NCBI RefSeq assembly: GCF_006345805.1
Contig: NW_021832389.1
Coordinates: forward strand, 1 to 64,000
DNA length: 64,000 bases
Origin: Octopus sinensis
Taxonomy: Eukaryota
Reading direction: 5' to 3'
Positions 26,734 through 40,617 of the stretch are shown one piece after another (the first letter of the stretch is position 1; each line of letters starts with the position of its first letter). A program made the position numbers and the translations under genes. The notes under the pieces are model-generated. The model saw only the letters and a list, made by a program, of their open reading frames with translations. It searched no databases and had not been told where the DNA came from.

Positions 26734-27274
26734 GTAAATGTATTTTCAATGATATCGCGTAAATTTCTGTAGCAATGTAATCTCGTTTCTAATTTATGAA
26801 TGAGTTTCTTTGCAAGAGCAGGAGAGGTCTTAACTGGAACATTATTCTCTCTCATTAATTAAATAACATACAAGCATATTAGTTTCTTTTCTTAGCATTT
26901 AATTTAATTTCGTTTCAACTACAATATTTACACTCTTATTATTTGTTTCGACATAATTATGTCTCATTTGTACAAACTAATTAAGGCTACATTAATTGCA
27001 TTGCATTTGGTAAACATAGCTACATGCATATAAGTACGTATGTGTAAATGGGTGCATAAATATTTTTGTGCATATATATATATATCATATATGTGTATAT
27101 ATACTTGTATATATATACTTGTATATTTTTGATCGCTTTTATCTCTCTATACATGTGTCTATGAATGTGTGTGTGTACAAGTACACACACATATACTCAT
27201 ACATATGAATAAATATTCGTAGAAAATAATTACTTTCATCAATTAGAGTATATTTCGTACGTATATAATTGACT

Positions 27275-27570
27275 CTCCTGTGGTTAGACGACGTGTTGGG
27301 GTTTGACACTTTCTTACCGAGAAACCACACACAGGATTTGTTCATAGTGATCAAAAGCTGGTGTAAACACAAGCTCACTCCCTCCATCTGATCGACATTA
27401 CCTGTACAAGTGCAACCTGGTACCACATGTGAGATGTAGAAATGATCGCAGAACAACGTGAAATAAAGTACTTTGCTCAAGAACCCAACGCAACACCCGG
27501 TCTAAGAATCGAACACCCGATCTCGCAATCGCGAGTGCAACATCTTAACCACTAAGTCATGCACCTTCAA
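27275..27570 (-). mobile_element. H1 + CORE-type SINE, tail T3 (diverged)
   Basis: Head tgaaggtgcatgacttagtgg on minus; tail shares cactccctccatctgatcgacattacctg with 40840-40870. Confidence 0.8.
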
Positions 27571-27842
27571 CTATACATATTTGGTATGCATATATATATA
27601 TACATACTGGTATACATATACAGGCGAGCTGGCAGAAGCGTTAGGACGCCGAGTTACTTTCATCTTGCACTGATCTACATATATATATATATATAATATA
27701 TATATATATATATAGTGCTTAACACCACGTATATGAAAGGTTTTACGTCGCATGAGAAATACGGTATCTTTTCTGTCAAAGATGTACGTGTCAAGTAGGA
27801 AACGTAGATGGCTCCGTTAATTTAATGTTCATTTAATTGCAG

Positions 27843-27875
27843 ATGTCGAATAGAGTCAGCACCATTCACGAGAAA
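27843..27875 (+). CDS. Candidate 33-nt exon (phase 2-2: CRIESAPFTRK)
   Basis: tttaatgttcatttaattgcag|ATG...AAA|gtaagg. Confidence 0.3.
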
Positions 27876-27930
27876 GTAAGGACAGGTGTCGATTTGGTTT
27901 ACTAAAACCTTTTCAGATGGTCTCCCGGGC

Positions 27931-28000
<70 letters not shown>

Positions 28001-28319
28001 ATATATATATACATATGCATGTATGTATGTATGTAGGTTTATATATATATATGTATATACATATAAGTATACATGTGCTTACATATATGTAAAATATATA
28101 TATATATATATATATATACATAAGAATACATATATATATTGCGTTATTGGAGTCGGTTCATACGATACATTTCATGTTATGCATATTGAAAATCAATTGA
28201 AAAGATGTGAAATTTATGGATAAAGTTAAATTAAAAACGCTCCGTTCTTTTAAAGTATCAACGATTCGTAATGAAGACGAAACATTTATCGATTAGAAAA
28301 ATAATAATTGTGTGAAAAT

Positions 28320-28454
28320 AATAACAACAGGACTACTACTACTACTACTAGTAGTAGTAGTAGCAGCAGCAGCAGTAGTAGTAGTAGTAGTAGTAGTAGA
28401 AATAGGAGGAGGAGGAGGAACAATAATGACGACGTGGACGATGACGATGATGAT

Positions 28455-28487
<33 letters not shown>

Positions 28488-28521
28488 TATAATGATGATG
28501 ATAATGATGATGATAATAATA

Positions 28522-28552
<31 letters not shown>

Positions 28553-28572
28553 TTATAATGATGATGATAATG

Positions 28573-28607
<35 letters not shown>

Positions 28608-29081
28608 AATGATAATAATAATAATAATAATCTTCTCTGTATCGTTCCAATTTTTGTATATGTATTGCCGAAACAGCAACAACATCAATAATAAGAAGAA
28701 GAATATTAATAATAATAATAAAAACAACAATGAACTTAATTTTTACAGAATTTATGAATTTGGAATAAATGATAATATTAATTTCTTACATTTGAAGAAT
28801 GTAATATTAATAAGAATAACATCAATAATAATAATGATGATGATGATAATAATAATAACGATAATAATAATAACAACAACAACAACAGTAACTGCAGCAA
28901 TATCAAATTAAAGGTAAGACGAATATAGAAAGAAGGAAAGAATACAGAAGGTGAGAATGAGAAGCATAATTTGCGAATAGCTGTTTTCTTTGTTCATTTA
29001 AATTTATGGCACTTTTAGAAATTTAAATGTAATGATAATAATAACAATAACAACCGTAACAACAACAACAACAACAACAAC

Positions 29082-29127
<46 letters not shown>

Positions 29128-29270
29128 GTAATAATAAAAATAGTAATAATGATGAGGATAGTAATAATAATAATAATAATAGTAATAATAAGAATAGTAA
29201 TAATAAAAATAATAATAATGATGATGATGATGATGATGATGATAATAATAATAATAATAATAATAATAGC
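28320..29270. repeat. Trinucleotide-rich block (AGT, AGC, AGG, AAT, GAT, AAC)
   Basis: Direct reading. Confidence 0.9.
28749..28800 (+). CDS. Candidate 52-nt exon (phase 2-0: IYEFGINDNINFLHLKN)
   Basis: aacttaatttttacag|AAT...AAT|gtaata; phase-compatible with 27875. Confidence 0.25.
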
Positions 29271-30173
29271 TGTCAGTAACATTACCGACCAAAGAAATCC
29301 TGCGATGTTATTGTAACAAAACACAACAAATGTATCTTGAAAAGGGGTCAAAATTAGTTAAAGGTCTTCTATAATTCTCATCGCGAAAGAAATGTTAGTT
29401 CCATTAATTTCCGGTTTCTGACAATTTTAGAATCACTCAATAATTTCTGCCATGTTTAAATTTTGGCGATAGCACAGGAAGTGAATGGGGGGGGGGGATA
29501 AAAAAAACAACAAAACAAAGCAAAACAAAAACAGACACAAAACAAACGGGAAAAGAAAAGAAAAAAGAAAATCAAGTATAAAGTCGTAATAGGATGATAT
29601 ATATTCTATAATATGATGTAATATACCAGCTTTGTGCGTTTGTGTTTGTGTTGTTGCTGCTGTTGTTGTTGTTGTTTTTGGTGCTGTTGCTCTTGTTGTA
29701 GTTGTTGAGGAGGAGGATTATGATGGTGGTAAAGATGACGATGATGAAGAAGATGATGGTGAGGATAATGAAGAAGATGATGATGATGGTGATGATGGTG
29801 GAGGATTAGGATGAGGAAGAGGAAGAGGAGGATGATGGTGATGATGTTGTTCAAGATGATGATGATGATGTTGATGATGATACGATCATGATCATCATCA
29901 TGGTAATGGTAGTGGTGATGGTGATGATGGTGATGATGGTGATGATGATGGGATGAGAAGGAAGATTAAAAATGATGATGATGGGATGAGAAGGAAGATT
30001 AAAAATGATGATGAGGAGGAGAAGAAGGAGGAGAAAACTGTCGATGGTGGTGGTGGTGGTGGTGGTGGTAATAATGATGATCATCCTCAACAATTATGAC
30101 GTGAACTTGCGGAGGATTTAGCTATTATGTCTGGCAAACTGAAGAACCACGTACAGCCTTCCCTTTGGCTTTG

Positions 30174-30219
<46 letters not shown>

Positions 30220-30487
30220 GCGTTTGTGTGTTTGAGTATGCTTCGGTGTGTGTGTGTGTGTTTCTCTGTGTTTGTATGCGCATGTATATAGTTGTGTGTG
30301 TGTGTGTGAAAGTGTGTCTGTTTTTCTAACGAAAAGGGGTTACAATGTTTTGTGTTTTATTGTTGTAAATCTTTTTCAAGGTTGGGAGCGACAGCAAAAA
30401 TCCTTCGAGACTCAAATAAATCAGCTTTGTAGTATTTAATTAACATCCTTTTATTTGCTTAATTATTATCGTTATTATTTTGCATGC

Positions 30488-30574
30488 CGAATCCGGAAGA
30501 TGGGGCGCTGTCCATGAACTTTATAGTCTCTTCAAAATCCGTGGCCTTGACGCCATTAATGTTCCGGTTAAATT
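30488..30574 (-). CDS. Candidate minus-strand exon (phase 1-1): EFNRNINGVKATDFEETIKFMDSAPSSGF
   Basis: Long pyrimidine tract ctctttctgttcatgtttttcctgcaag|; in-register antisense frame also open; needs a GC donor (TTCG|gcatgc). Confidence 0.22.
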
Positions 30575-31934
30575 CTTGCAGGAAAAACATGAACAGAAAG
30601 AGAATTCCGGAGGCACACGCTCAAGAGAAGAACGATTTAGCATAATGATTAGTAACGAGTTGCAAAACGAATTTTGATGCAACAGAGCGGACGAGTAGCG
30701 AGAGAAAGAGAGAGACAGAGAGAGACAGAGAGAGAGAGAGAGAGGGTGAGAAAGAGAGATAGAGAGATGAAGGTTTTGAGTATGCTTGAGTTTTGATATA
30801 ACGAGGCGTAGTGGCTAGTGCGGGGTTTGAGTAGGGAGTTTGAGACAACAGCGGTGACCAGAAGCGAGGAAAAGCGTTAGTTAAGTGTCCTTAAGAGACG
30901 TGAGTACTAGAGCAGCCAGTTTCTAGAAATATGACTATTACGGCACCAATATAAGAGATTTTGAAAGAGGGCCAGCAACAGGAATGTCCGGTAGTGAATC
31001 AAATCCTGCCGACTCAACGTCAGCATTCATCCTTCTGGAGTTTTTTGTACCGAAGCTATTTATATTTTTCTAATGCCTCCTGGCATTACAATTGTGAATT
31101 GTATTATTAAAGCGAAAATATGTTTTGATGTTCATATTAGCGGTGTTAATAAATTAAATAGCTCTTTATAAAACTTGGTTGTATTTAATTGACTGTCCCA
31201 TCCACCCGTATTATATCTGTGTCTTTATCCCGTCTTCTGATTCCAAATACCAGCTCTTTCTTCTGCTACTAAAGTCCCAGTTTTTGAAGTGTTCTAGCAT
31301 TTTATTTACTGCACACTTCTCCATCAAAACACCTGAGCCTCGGTTTCAAATTTCAGTTATAACGTCTGGAAATATCGCTTCAGTTACTTACAGGTTATTC
31401 GCCATTCTACGCAGTCATCATTTCAAAGTTGATCTGTGAGGGAAATTCAATATCTTGCTTGTAGAAATCGTAGAAAATTATAGATTTGCCACAAGTACAA
31501 AGGAACTGTCTTATCATCATTAGGCAAATTGATGAAGGTGTGTTTGGTGTTAATGTTGTGTCGTTCTTGTTGAAACGTCTGTTTATTGTTGTTCTTATAG
31601 CTTGCCTTGGGGTGGTTACGTTGCGCTTTTTGCGGAGGTGTGTTGCTGTTGTTGTTATTGATACTGTTCTTTTTACTATTGTTGGCCATGTTCTTGTTAT
31701 TGACCTCGGAGTATTATTAATGATTATTAGTGATAGTTGCTCAAGTTAATTGTCGTAGTAAATTGTGATAGTAGAAACGGTGGCAGCGTAGTGGTGGTTA
31801 TAGTTCCGATGACGTTGAGTGTGGCAAGAAGTTGGGTTCAGTCCCACTGAGTGGAACCTTGGGCCCGGTATATTCTACTATGTCCCAGGGCGAAACGAAG
31901 CCTTGTGAGTGGATTGGTTAGGCGGAAACTGAAA

Positions 31935-32115
31935 GAACATGTGGTTTCGATTCCTGGACCGGGCGACGCGTTGTGTTCTTGAGGAAAACACTTCATTTCA
32001 AATGAGTAACTTTGCGATGGACTGGCGACCCGTCCAGCTGGCGAACACATGCGTCATAGAAGCCGGGAAACCGGGCCCATGAGCCTGGCTAGGCTTTAAA
32101 AGGGCGCATTTATTT
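31935..32115 (+). mobile_element. CORE-type SINE fragment with V-domain-like tail T4
   Basis: gcgttgtgttcttgagg...tgcgatggactggcgacccgtccag...gaaaccgggcccatgagcctgg; related piece on minus at 32790-32938. Confidence 0.7.
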
Positions 32116-32145
32116 TATCATTCAGTATTGCAGTAGTTACAGCTA

Positions 32146-32530
32146 TGGAGGGGCAATGACCCAGTGGTTAGGGCAGCGGACTCGCGGTCATAGGATCGCG
32201 GTTTCGATTCCCAGACCGGGCGTTGTGAGTGTTATGAGCGAAAAACTCTAAAGCTCCACGAGGCTCCGGCAGGGAGGGGGGTGATCCTGCTGTACTTCTT
32301 CACCACAACTTCTCTCACTCTTACTTCTTTTCTGTTGTACCTGTATTTCAAAGGGCCGGCTTGTCACTCTCTGTGTCACGCTGAATATCCCCGAGAACTA
32401 CGTTAAGGGTACACGTGTCTGTGGAGTGCTCAGCCACTTACACGTTAATTTTCAGGAGCAGGCTGTTCCGTTGATTCGGATCAACCGGAACCCTCGTCGT
32501 CGTAACCGACGGAGTGCTTCCATCCATCAC
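32146..32530 (+). mobile_element. tRNA-head H2 SINE with tail T1, (CCAT)n end, 8-bp TSD
   Basis: ggaggggcaatgacccagtggttaggg...ggtttcgattccc; acagctat on both sides; close paralogue of 37161. Confidence 0.92.
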
Positions 32531-32654
32531 AGCTATAGTTGTAGGGCCAATATTCTTACTGTTTCAGTGGTTGTTCTGCTGCTTAATGTGTTACTACGAC
32601 TAAAGTAGTTTGCGGTTTTTATAGTAATAATGGTGACGGCTGAAGTTACACCGT

Positions 32655-32938
32655 TACCTGATGTTGCTGTGGGGCAACGTGAAATGAAGTGTTTTGCTCA
32701 AGAACACAACGCGTTGCCCGGTCCAGGAATCGAAACCACAATCTTACGATCATCGTGCTAACCACTAAGCCACGCGACTCCACAAAAATAAATGTTCCTT
32801 CTCGAGTCATGCCAGGCTCATAAGGGCCGGTTTCTCGGTTTCAGTGGCGTAGAAATTCCCCACCTGGACGGGACGCCGGTCGTCGCAGGATTACTCATTT
32901 TTGCCAGCTAAGTGGACTGGAGCAACGTGAAATGAAGG
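32655..32938 (-). mobile_element. Two adjacent CORE-type SINE fragments (head+core 32655-32785; core+T4 tail 32790-32938)
   Basis: Alignment to 19078 and 31935 copies. Confidence 0.75.
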
Positions 32939-33714
32939 CAATTCGCAATACCACTGAATTAACGACGTATCTTAGTCGCAGAGTCACAGAATGAAATTGC
33001 TACAACATAATCCACTACAAACACTGCAAATAGTCGGTACCACAATTATTAAGCCATATACCATCACCGGTATCAGATCTAGGATAATACTATACTACTA
33101 TGATACTATCAAGCAAAACTGCAACCCCAGAACGATCAACACTATCTCGATAGTACCTACAACGCGCAAACGACAACATCGAATTAAGAAAGTATTCACT
33201 GCTAGAACTACTACCAATTCTGTAATTAGTAAAGTTACACCACCACCACCACTACTACGGATGCTACTGCTACGACTACTGCTGCTGCTACCGCAATTCA
33301 ACGACTACAACAACAACAGCGACACCTCAAACAATGTACAGGAATATAACTTTACCATTAATATTTCAAGAAAACCCAATTTGATCTAGAATCATTACTG
33401 CAGGAGAATTATATTTCATTACATATATATATATATATATATACATTTATAAATTGTACATATATATGTGTGCGTATGTGTATGTATGTATATATGTATG
33501 TCTGTATTTACATCTGAAATTGTACACACACTCATTAACACATAAACATACATAAATAGGAAATATATATTCTATGTATGTATATGTGTGTACGCGTGTG
33601 TATACATACTATACATATATATATATATAATATATATATATACATATATATATATATACATATATATATATGTATATGTATATGTATATATATATGTATA
33701 TGTATAGTATAATG

Positions 33715-33746
<32 letters not shown>

Positions 33747-34409
33747 ATATATATAGATATATATATATATATATGTATATCGGTAAAGGCAGTCAGTTCA
33801 AGGAATGGAAATTTCTAATTCTACAAACTGGTTCCATATAGTTAGTTTCACTAGAATTATTTGTCACGCTGTTCAGCAAAACAACAAAAATTACAATAGT
33901 AAAACAAAGTAAAATCATACAAAAATATTATATATATATTATATATATATATTATATCAGTAAAAAGTAAAAACAAAAAAAAAAATACTGAAAACAAAAC
34001 GAAATAATATGATGATTGATGATGATGATGATGATGAAGGTGTTGTTGATGTATAGTAATAATAATAAGGATAATATTTTTGGCGCTGCTATTTGCTTAT
34101 AACCATTTCCTATTTTACCATTAAATTTTCAAAAATGAACATCAGACCCCCACAGGCGTTGGGTTTTGAGATTTTAAATTGAGCAATCAATTCTCTCCGT
34201 TATTACTTTCAATTTTACACACACATACAAACACACTGACACCCCACCACACACATCTATATATTACACACATATATATATATATATATATTATATATAT
34301 TATATAGTATATATATATATATTACACATACTTAATATATATAGATACACAGATATATACATATATGTATGATATGTGTGTGTATAAGTTTGAACATATA
34401 TATATATAT

Positions 34410-34458
<49 letters not shown>

Positions 34459-35290
34459 TATATATATATATGTAAATATATTTAATTTATATATATATAT
34501 ATGACTGTGTGTGTATGCATGTATTATGTGTGTGTGTATGTTTTCTTTGTGTATGACTGTTTGCAGAAAGCCACATATAAATGTTTATGTGGGTGTGTAT
34601 ATGTGTGTGTGTGTGTGTTCCCATTTATCGCTGTACAAATATAGATATATACTCACACATACCTACATAAAGACACACATACACACACACATACCGACAT
34701 ACATGACATACATACATACATACATACATACACATACAATCACACCATTTTAAGTCTCTTTTATCTTTACCTTAGTTTCTTTGCACCAGTTTTTAATTTC
34801 TTTTGTTTTGTCATCTTTTTTTCTTTTTTGTCTCTTCAAAAAATTTGTCTTTTAATAATAATAAATAATAAAAAAATATACATAAAACATCTTTTTTGCA
34901 ATCCCATATTTTTAACATTTCTTCTTTTTCGAACTGTTATTTCTAACGCATCTCTATTATTTTCGTTTATTTAAGGTTTATGAGTGGTTTTTACTTCATT
35001 TTAATTTTTCCTTTCAGTTGCTGTTTTTATTGCTGTGTTTATTTTTTGTTGTTGTTGTTGTCCTTCTTGTTGTTCTTATATTTGACGTACTTGATATTTA
35101 TTGGTGATGGTGCCGACTTTGGTCTTTTTCTTCTTTTTCTTCTTCTTCTTCTACCACTTTTCCTTCGACGACAACAGCTTTCACATAGTTATATATAATT
35201 CCAGTTAAAACATCACTCAGTTTCAAGATATACCAAAATATATATGCATATAAAAATATGTACAAATGTTAAGTGTATATATGTATATAC

Positions 35291-35334
<44 letters not shown>

Positions 35335-35453
35335 TACGTACATATACATATAAATATATATATATATATATATACGTACATATACATATATATATATATA
35401 TACGTACATATATATATATACATATACATATATATATACATATATCTATATAT

Positions 35454-35511
<58 letters not shown>

Positions 35512-36158
35512 GTGTGTGTGTGTATATCAGTGTGTGTGTGTATATATATATATTTATATACACACATACACGCACACACAAGTATATATATAATATACAT
35601 ATATACGTATATGTACGTACACACATACATACATACTTGGTATAAAGAGTTAGACTGGGAAAGAGAGAGTGAGCGATATATGGTTATTTTCTGTCGAAAA
35701 GACAGTCAACTTCAAAAGAATCCTATAATGGGTTGTGTCGGGCAGAAATAGATGCTGAGGAATTTCTGACACATCCTTGGCGGCGGCGGAGGCGGTGGTA
35801 GCAGCGATGGCGGCGGCGGCGATGATGAGAGTCGTTCATAATGATGACGAGGGCGACAGCGATGACGAAGACGACGACAGCGTCGAGAACGGTGATAACG
35901 AGGTCGACGACAAACGATGGCGGCGATGCTGATAATGAGGGAAGCATCGTGACGACAATGATGATGTTGATGATGATGATGATGATAACGATTATCATTT
36001 TGATGAATGATGATGACGGTGATGGTGGTGATGTGGTGGTTGTGGTGGTGATGGTGGACTTTTTTAAAATTCTAATTGCTGCAGAAAGGAGGTGGTTGTG
36101 GTACAAATTATTTTCCAAAATATTTCAAAGAAACTCATTTGGGATGTTTATTCGTTTA

Positions 36159-36189
36159 TTATACAGGTTCGATGTCGCACTAATTGTGG

Positions 36190-36228
<39 letters not shown>

Positions 36229-36510
36229 GCCCTTACCTGTATACGTACCTGTTTGTTTAAATATGTATACATGTGGCGGTGTGGTAAGAAGCGTGCTTCC
36301 CAACAACATGGCTCCACGTTCAGTCTTTCTGCGTGGCCCCTTATTTCTTTATTGCCCACAAGGGGATAGCTATAGAAGGGACAACAGGGACAGACAGAGA
36401 AGAGCACAAGGGTACAAATTATACAGGTTCGATGTCGCACTAATTGTGGGTATATATATATATATATATTATATATATATATGTGTAAAATATATATGTA
36501 TATATATATG

Positions 36511-36547
<37 letters not shown>

Positions 36548-36566
36548 GTTATATATATATAATATG

Positions 36567-36603
<37 letters not shown>

Positions 36604-36781
36604 ACATATCTGTTTGTTTAAATATGTATACATGTGGCGATGTGGTAAGAAGCGTGCTTCCCAACAACATGGCTCCACGTTCAGTCCCTCTGCGTGGCCC
36701 CTTATTTCTTTATTGCCCACAAGGGGATAGCTATAGAAGGGACAACAAACAGGGACAGACAGAGAAGTGCACAAGGGTACA
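36159..36781. repeat. Tandem duplication of a composite unit (family C head fragment fused to antisense Nin-SINE tail)
   Basis: atacaggttcgatgtcgcactaattgtggg at 36160 and 36421; both units end cttatttctttattgcccacaaggggatag...gcacaagggtacaa. Confidence 0.9.
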
Positions 36782-37160
36782 AGAAAAGTATATGCTTGTA
36801 TTGTGTGAGTGTATTGGAAGGTACGGTGTAGAGATTAATATCGGTTTGATACTGGAATTATGATATTCTTTAGATTTCAATCGATCGTAGAATTATAAGT
36901 GTAAATAGATTGTTTTCCGTCAATCATGCTCACTGACAAAGCACTAGTGAGCTAAGAGGAAGAGCAGAAGACGCCGTGGGTGCCACGCTGTAGGACTGAA
37001 CCCGAAACCACGTGCTGGCAAAATGAGCTTCGTAACCACATAACCATATCTGCTCTTATACACATGCTCTCACACACACACAACACGCACAGATATAAAA
37101 TGGAGCTAATAGTGAGGGATTATCAATCTGCGTATAATATTTCATAAGCACTCTCTTAGT

Positions 37161-37546
37161 GTGGAGGCGCAATGGCCCAGTGGTTAGGGCAGCGGACTCG
37201 CGGTCGTAGGATCGCGGTTTCGATTCCGGGCGTTGTGAGTGTTTATTGAGCGAAAACACCTATAGCTCCACGAGGCTCCGGCAGGGGATGGTGGTGATCC
37301 CTGCTGTACTCTTTCACCACAACTTTCTCTCACTCTTACGTCCTATTTCTGTTGTACCTGTATTTCAAAGGGCCGGCCTTGTCACTCTCTGTGTCACGCT
37401 GAATATCCCCGAGAACTACGTTAAGGGTACACGTGTCTGTGGAGTGCTCAGCCACTTACACGTTAATTTCACGAGCAGGCTGTTCCGTTGATTCGGATCA
37501 ACCGGAACCCTCGTCGTCGTAACCCACGGAGTGCTTCCATTCCATT
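37161..37546 (+). mobile_element. H2 SINE with tail T1, (TTCCA)n end, 11-bp TSD
   Basis: actctcttagt at 37150 and 37547. Confidence 0.95.
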
Positions 37547-37750
37547 ACTCTCTTAGTACACCAGGTTAATAATATTCTTTAATTTCGTGCAGAAATCTAA
37601 GGATTCTTATGGCAGGGTCCAAGGTTATGGTTCACTATAATTCTGTAATGTAAATCAGTGGTTGGGCTCCAGACAAACTGTTATTTACACAAAGAGGAGG
37701 TATAAATAATGATCAATATCTATTTTTCATTTATTAAAGCAAATTTGATT

Positions 37751-37976
37751 TTACAGCTGTTTCAAGTAGTCGTTATAGTTACGTTATTGATAGGTTTATT
37801 CAAATAGTCTACTGATCAGCTGAGAAATATTGAACGGCTTCGTTATACCCGGAAATAGCTCTGTCGCAAATAGCCTTGATCTTTTTAGGTTGTTCAATTT
37901 TTCTCAATTGATCAATAATACAAATGAGTAAACCTACCAGCAATAAACCTATAATGATTATTGGAAACAGCTGTAA
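37751..37976. mobile_element. Degenerate fold-back MITE, TA-CAGCTG...CAGCTG-TA ends (Tc1/mariner type)
   Basis: ttacagctgtttcaagtagtcgttatag...actgatcagctgagaaatattgaac pairs with gttcaatttttctcaattgatcaat...ctataatgattattggaaacagctgtaa. Confidence 0.75.
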
Positions 37977-38069
37977 GCACAATTTTCTCTAATAAATGAA
38001 AAATATATGATGACCAATGACTGAAACAAGTAAAGAATACATGAATACATATATATATGTATTCGTGTA

Positions 38070-38268
38070 TTCTTTTACTTGTTTCAGTAATTTTGACTGC
38101 GGTCATGCAGGAGCACCACCTTATTCTTTCTAAGCATAGTACTTATTCTGTCGGTGTCTTTTGTCGAACAGCTAAGTTACGGGAACGTAAACATACAAAC
38201 ATCGGTATGTTTACGATATTGGGGGAGACAGAGACACACAAACATACACATGCACACACACACACACG

Positions 38269-38352
<84 letters not shown>

Positions 38353-38437
38353 ATAAGCATTATATCCATATTTAAATATCGATATTATCAAGTGACGAGC
38401 ACGGGAAAAAATATCATACAAATGTAATATTTTTAGT

Positions 38438-38469
<32 letters not shown>

Positions 38470-38594
38470 TATATATATACTCACTAGGCTTTGGTCGGCC
38501 CGAAACTATAGTAGAAGACATTTGCCCAAGGTACCATGCAGTGGGACTGAACCCGGAAGCAAGCTACTTACCACACAGTCATTCCTACGCCTAT
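38070..38594 (-). mobile_element. Family C SINE with expanded internal (TA)n
   Basis: Head at 38483-38594, tail at 38070-38220. Confidence 0.8.
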
Positions 38595-39312
38595 ATATAT
38601 ATATATATAAAACTTAGATATGTTTCGAACAATCTTTGGTCTGCATGTATGTTTGTATGTGTATATTGATTAACACTAGAACAATATTGCGCAATGTGTC
38701 ACTGTTGATTTCAGTTCGAGTAGATACATAAAAAGACATAACCCATTGTAAATATTATGCAGATATCGATATAACAGAAACACTCACTCTACAACGGTGG
38801 AGCAAATACGTGATGTATTTCAGCCGCCGTGTGAATAAAATAGATATATCCATTAAGTGAAGAGCAAGGACGCATATTGATGGTTCTCTCTCATTTTCTT
38901 CACGAGTCTAGACATGCACGGATGTTTTTTACACGCCAGCAGTAGCACGCAGTCCGTAATCAACCGTCAGACTCCAGAATGAATGCTGAAGTAAGCAGTA
39001 AAGCTTTGCTATATTGTAAGTTTAGGCAGGACATGTGTACATGCTATGATTCCTGTCTGTTCAGGACAGGTGAGAGGATGGACGTAGGGTTTCCCCTTTA
39101 AGGACAAATATCGCTGAAGTTATCGATGAACAACTAACAGAACGAAGAGAATTAAGGTATTGAAGCGCCTTATTGCATTTTTATTCACACTCCCATTCGT
39201 TATCTCATAATACTTACATACACTCTCTTTCTTTCTCTCTCTCTCTTTCTCTCTTTCCTTGTCTCATCCATTCCCTTTCCAACTATCCTTCTGTATATCT
39301 ATATATACACAC

Positions 39313-39384
<72 letters not shown>

Positions 39385-39454
39385 TTTGTGTGTGTGGTGT
39401 GTGTGTTTGTGTGTGTGTGTATGTGTATATACATATAGATATTTATACATATTG

Positions 39455-39620
39455 AAACTTGAGTGTGGTGCGTATTGTGATCGGTGCACCAGGGTTCATT
39501 CCAAAGAAAGCAATATTCTTGCATGAAAGGCTGTAGATACCATACTTCGTTGGAAGTTTTCAGTTGGCAGCAATGCTTGTAGCAGTTCATGTGTTGAGAA
39601 TAGTGTTGCATCTCTATAAA
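39455..39620 (+). mobile_element. R4/Dong-clade LINE C-terminal (RLE) remnant, old
   Basis: VIGAPGFIPKKAIFLHERL*IPYFVGSFQLAAMLVAVHVLRIVL matches VVIGALG.IPK....L..L.I.....LQK.ALLGTAHILR.VL. Confidence 0.7.
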
Positions 39621-39674
39621 AATCAGGGATGGAGCTGAGATGTGACATTGATAACTCAGGGGAAGATAGGATAA

Positions 39675-39890
39675 GATTAGTTTTAAATTTTGGCACAAGG
39701 CCAGCTATGTATGGCGAGGGGTTAAATCTACTATAACGATCCCAGGACTCAACAGGTAACTATATTATCGATCCTGAAAGAATGAAAGGCAAAGTGAAGC
39801 TCGGCGGAATTTGAACTCTCAACGTAACGGCGTGCGAAATGCCATTAAGTATTTAGCGCAGCATGCTAACGATCCTGCCACCTCGCGCCC
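39675..39890 (-). mobile_element. Nin/Deu SINE (tail 2), diverged
   Basis: tttggcacaaggccagc...atcgatcctgaaagaatgaaaggcaaagtgaagctcggcggaatttgaactc. Confidence 0.85.
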
Positions 39891-40019
39891 ATCAAATAGG
39901 ACAACAATGAACATGGTAAGAATGAGTAACTTACGCGAAAAAGTTTGCGTGAGTATTGGTGTTGTGCTTTGGTACTTTAGTTAAACGTCCCCATAAGACG
40001 GAAAGGTGAAGTTAACCTA

Positions 40020-40617
40020 TTTCTTTACTACCCACAAGGGGCTAAACACAGAAGGGACCAACAAGGACAGACAAACGGATTAAGTCGATCATATCGACCC
40101 CAGTGCGTAACTGGTACTTATTTAATCCACTCCGAAAGGATGAAAGGCAAAGTCGACTTCGGCGGAATTTGAACTCAGAACGTAGCAGCAGACGAAATAC
40201 TTATTTCTTTACTACCCACAAGGGACTAAACACAGAGAGGACCAACAAGGACAGACAAACGGATTAAGTCGATCATATCAACCCCAGTGCGTAACTGGTA
40301 CTTATTTAATCCATCCCGAAAGGATGAAAGGCAAAGTCGACTTCGGCGGAATTTGAACTCAGAACGTAGCAGCAGACGAAATACTTATTTCTTTACTACC
40401 CACAAGGGACTAAACACAGAGAGGACCAACAAGGACAGACAAACGGATTAAGTGGATCATATCGACCCCAGTGCGTAACTGGTACTTATTTAATCCATCC
40501 CGAAAGGATGAAAGGCAAAGTCGACTTCGGCGGAATTTGAACTCAGAAGGTAGCGGCAGACGAAATGCCGCTAAACATTTCGCCCGGCGTGCTAACGATT
40601 CTACCAGCTCGCCGCCC
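40020..40617 (-). mobile_element. Nin/Deu SINE head-to-tail trimer with a single 12-bp TSD pair
   Basis: Three bodies, 184-bp period, one head; tgaagttaacct at about 40007 and 40618. Confidence 0.95.

Noticed and set aside
37161-37230. tRNA genes at SINE heads (also 19078, 25720, 62134)
   Set aside because: A and B boxes are present but there is no closing acceptor stem; sequence continues into SINE bodies with TSDs.
37757-37793. Exon AVSSSRYSYVIDR
   Set aside because: Lies in the left arm of the fold-back MITE; splice-like signals are probably incidental.
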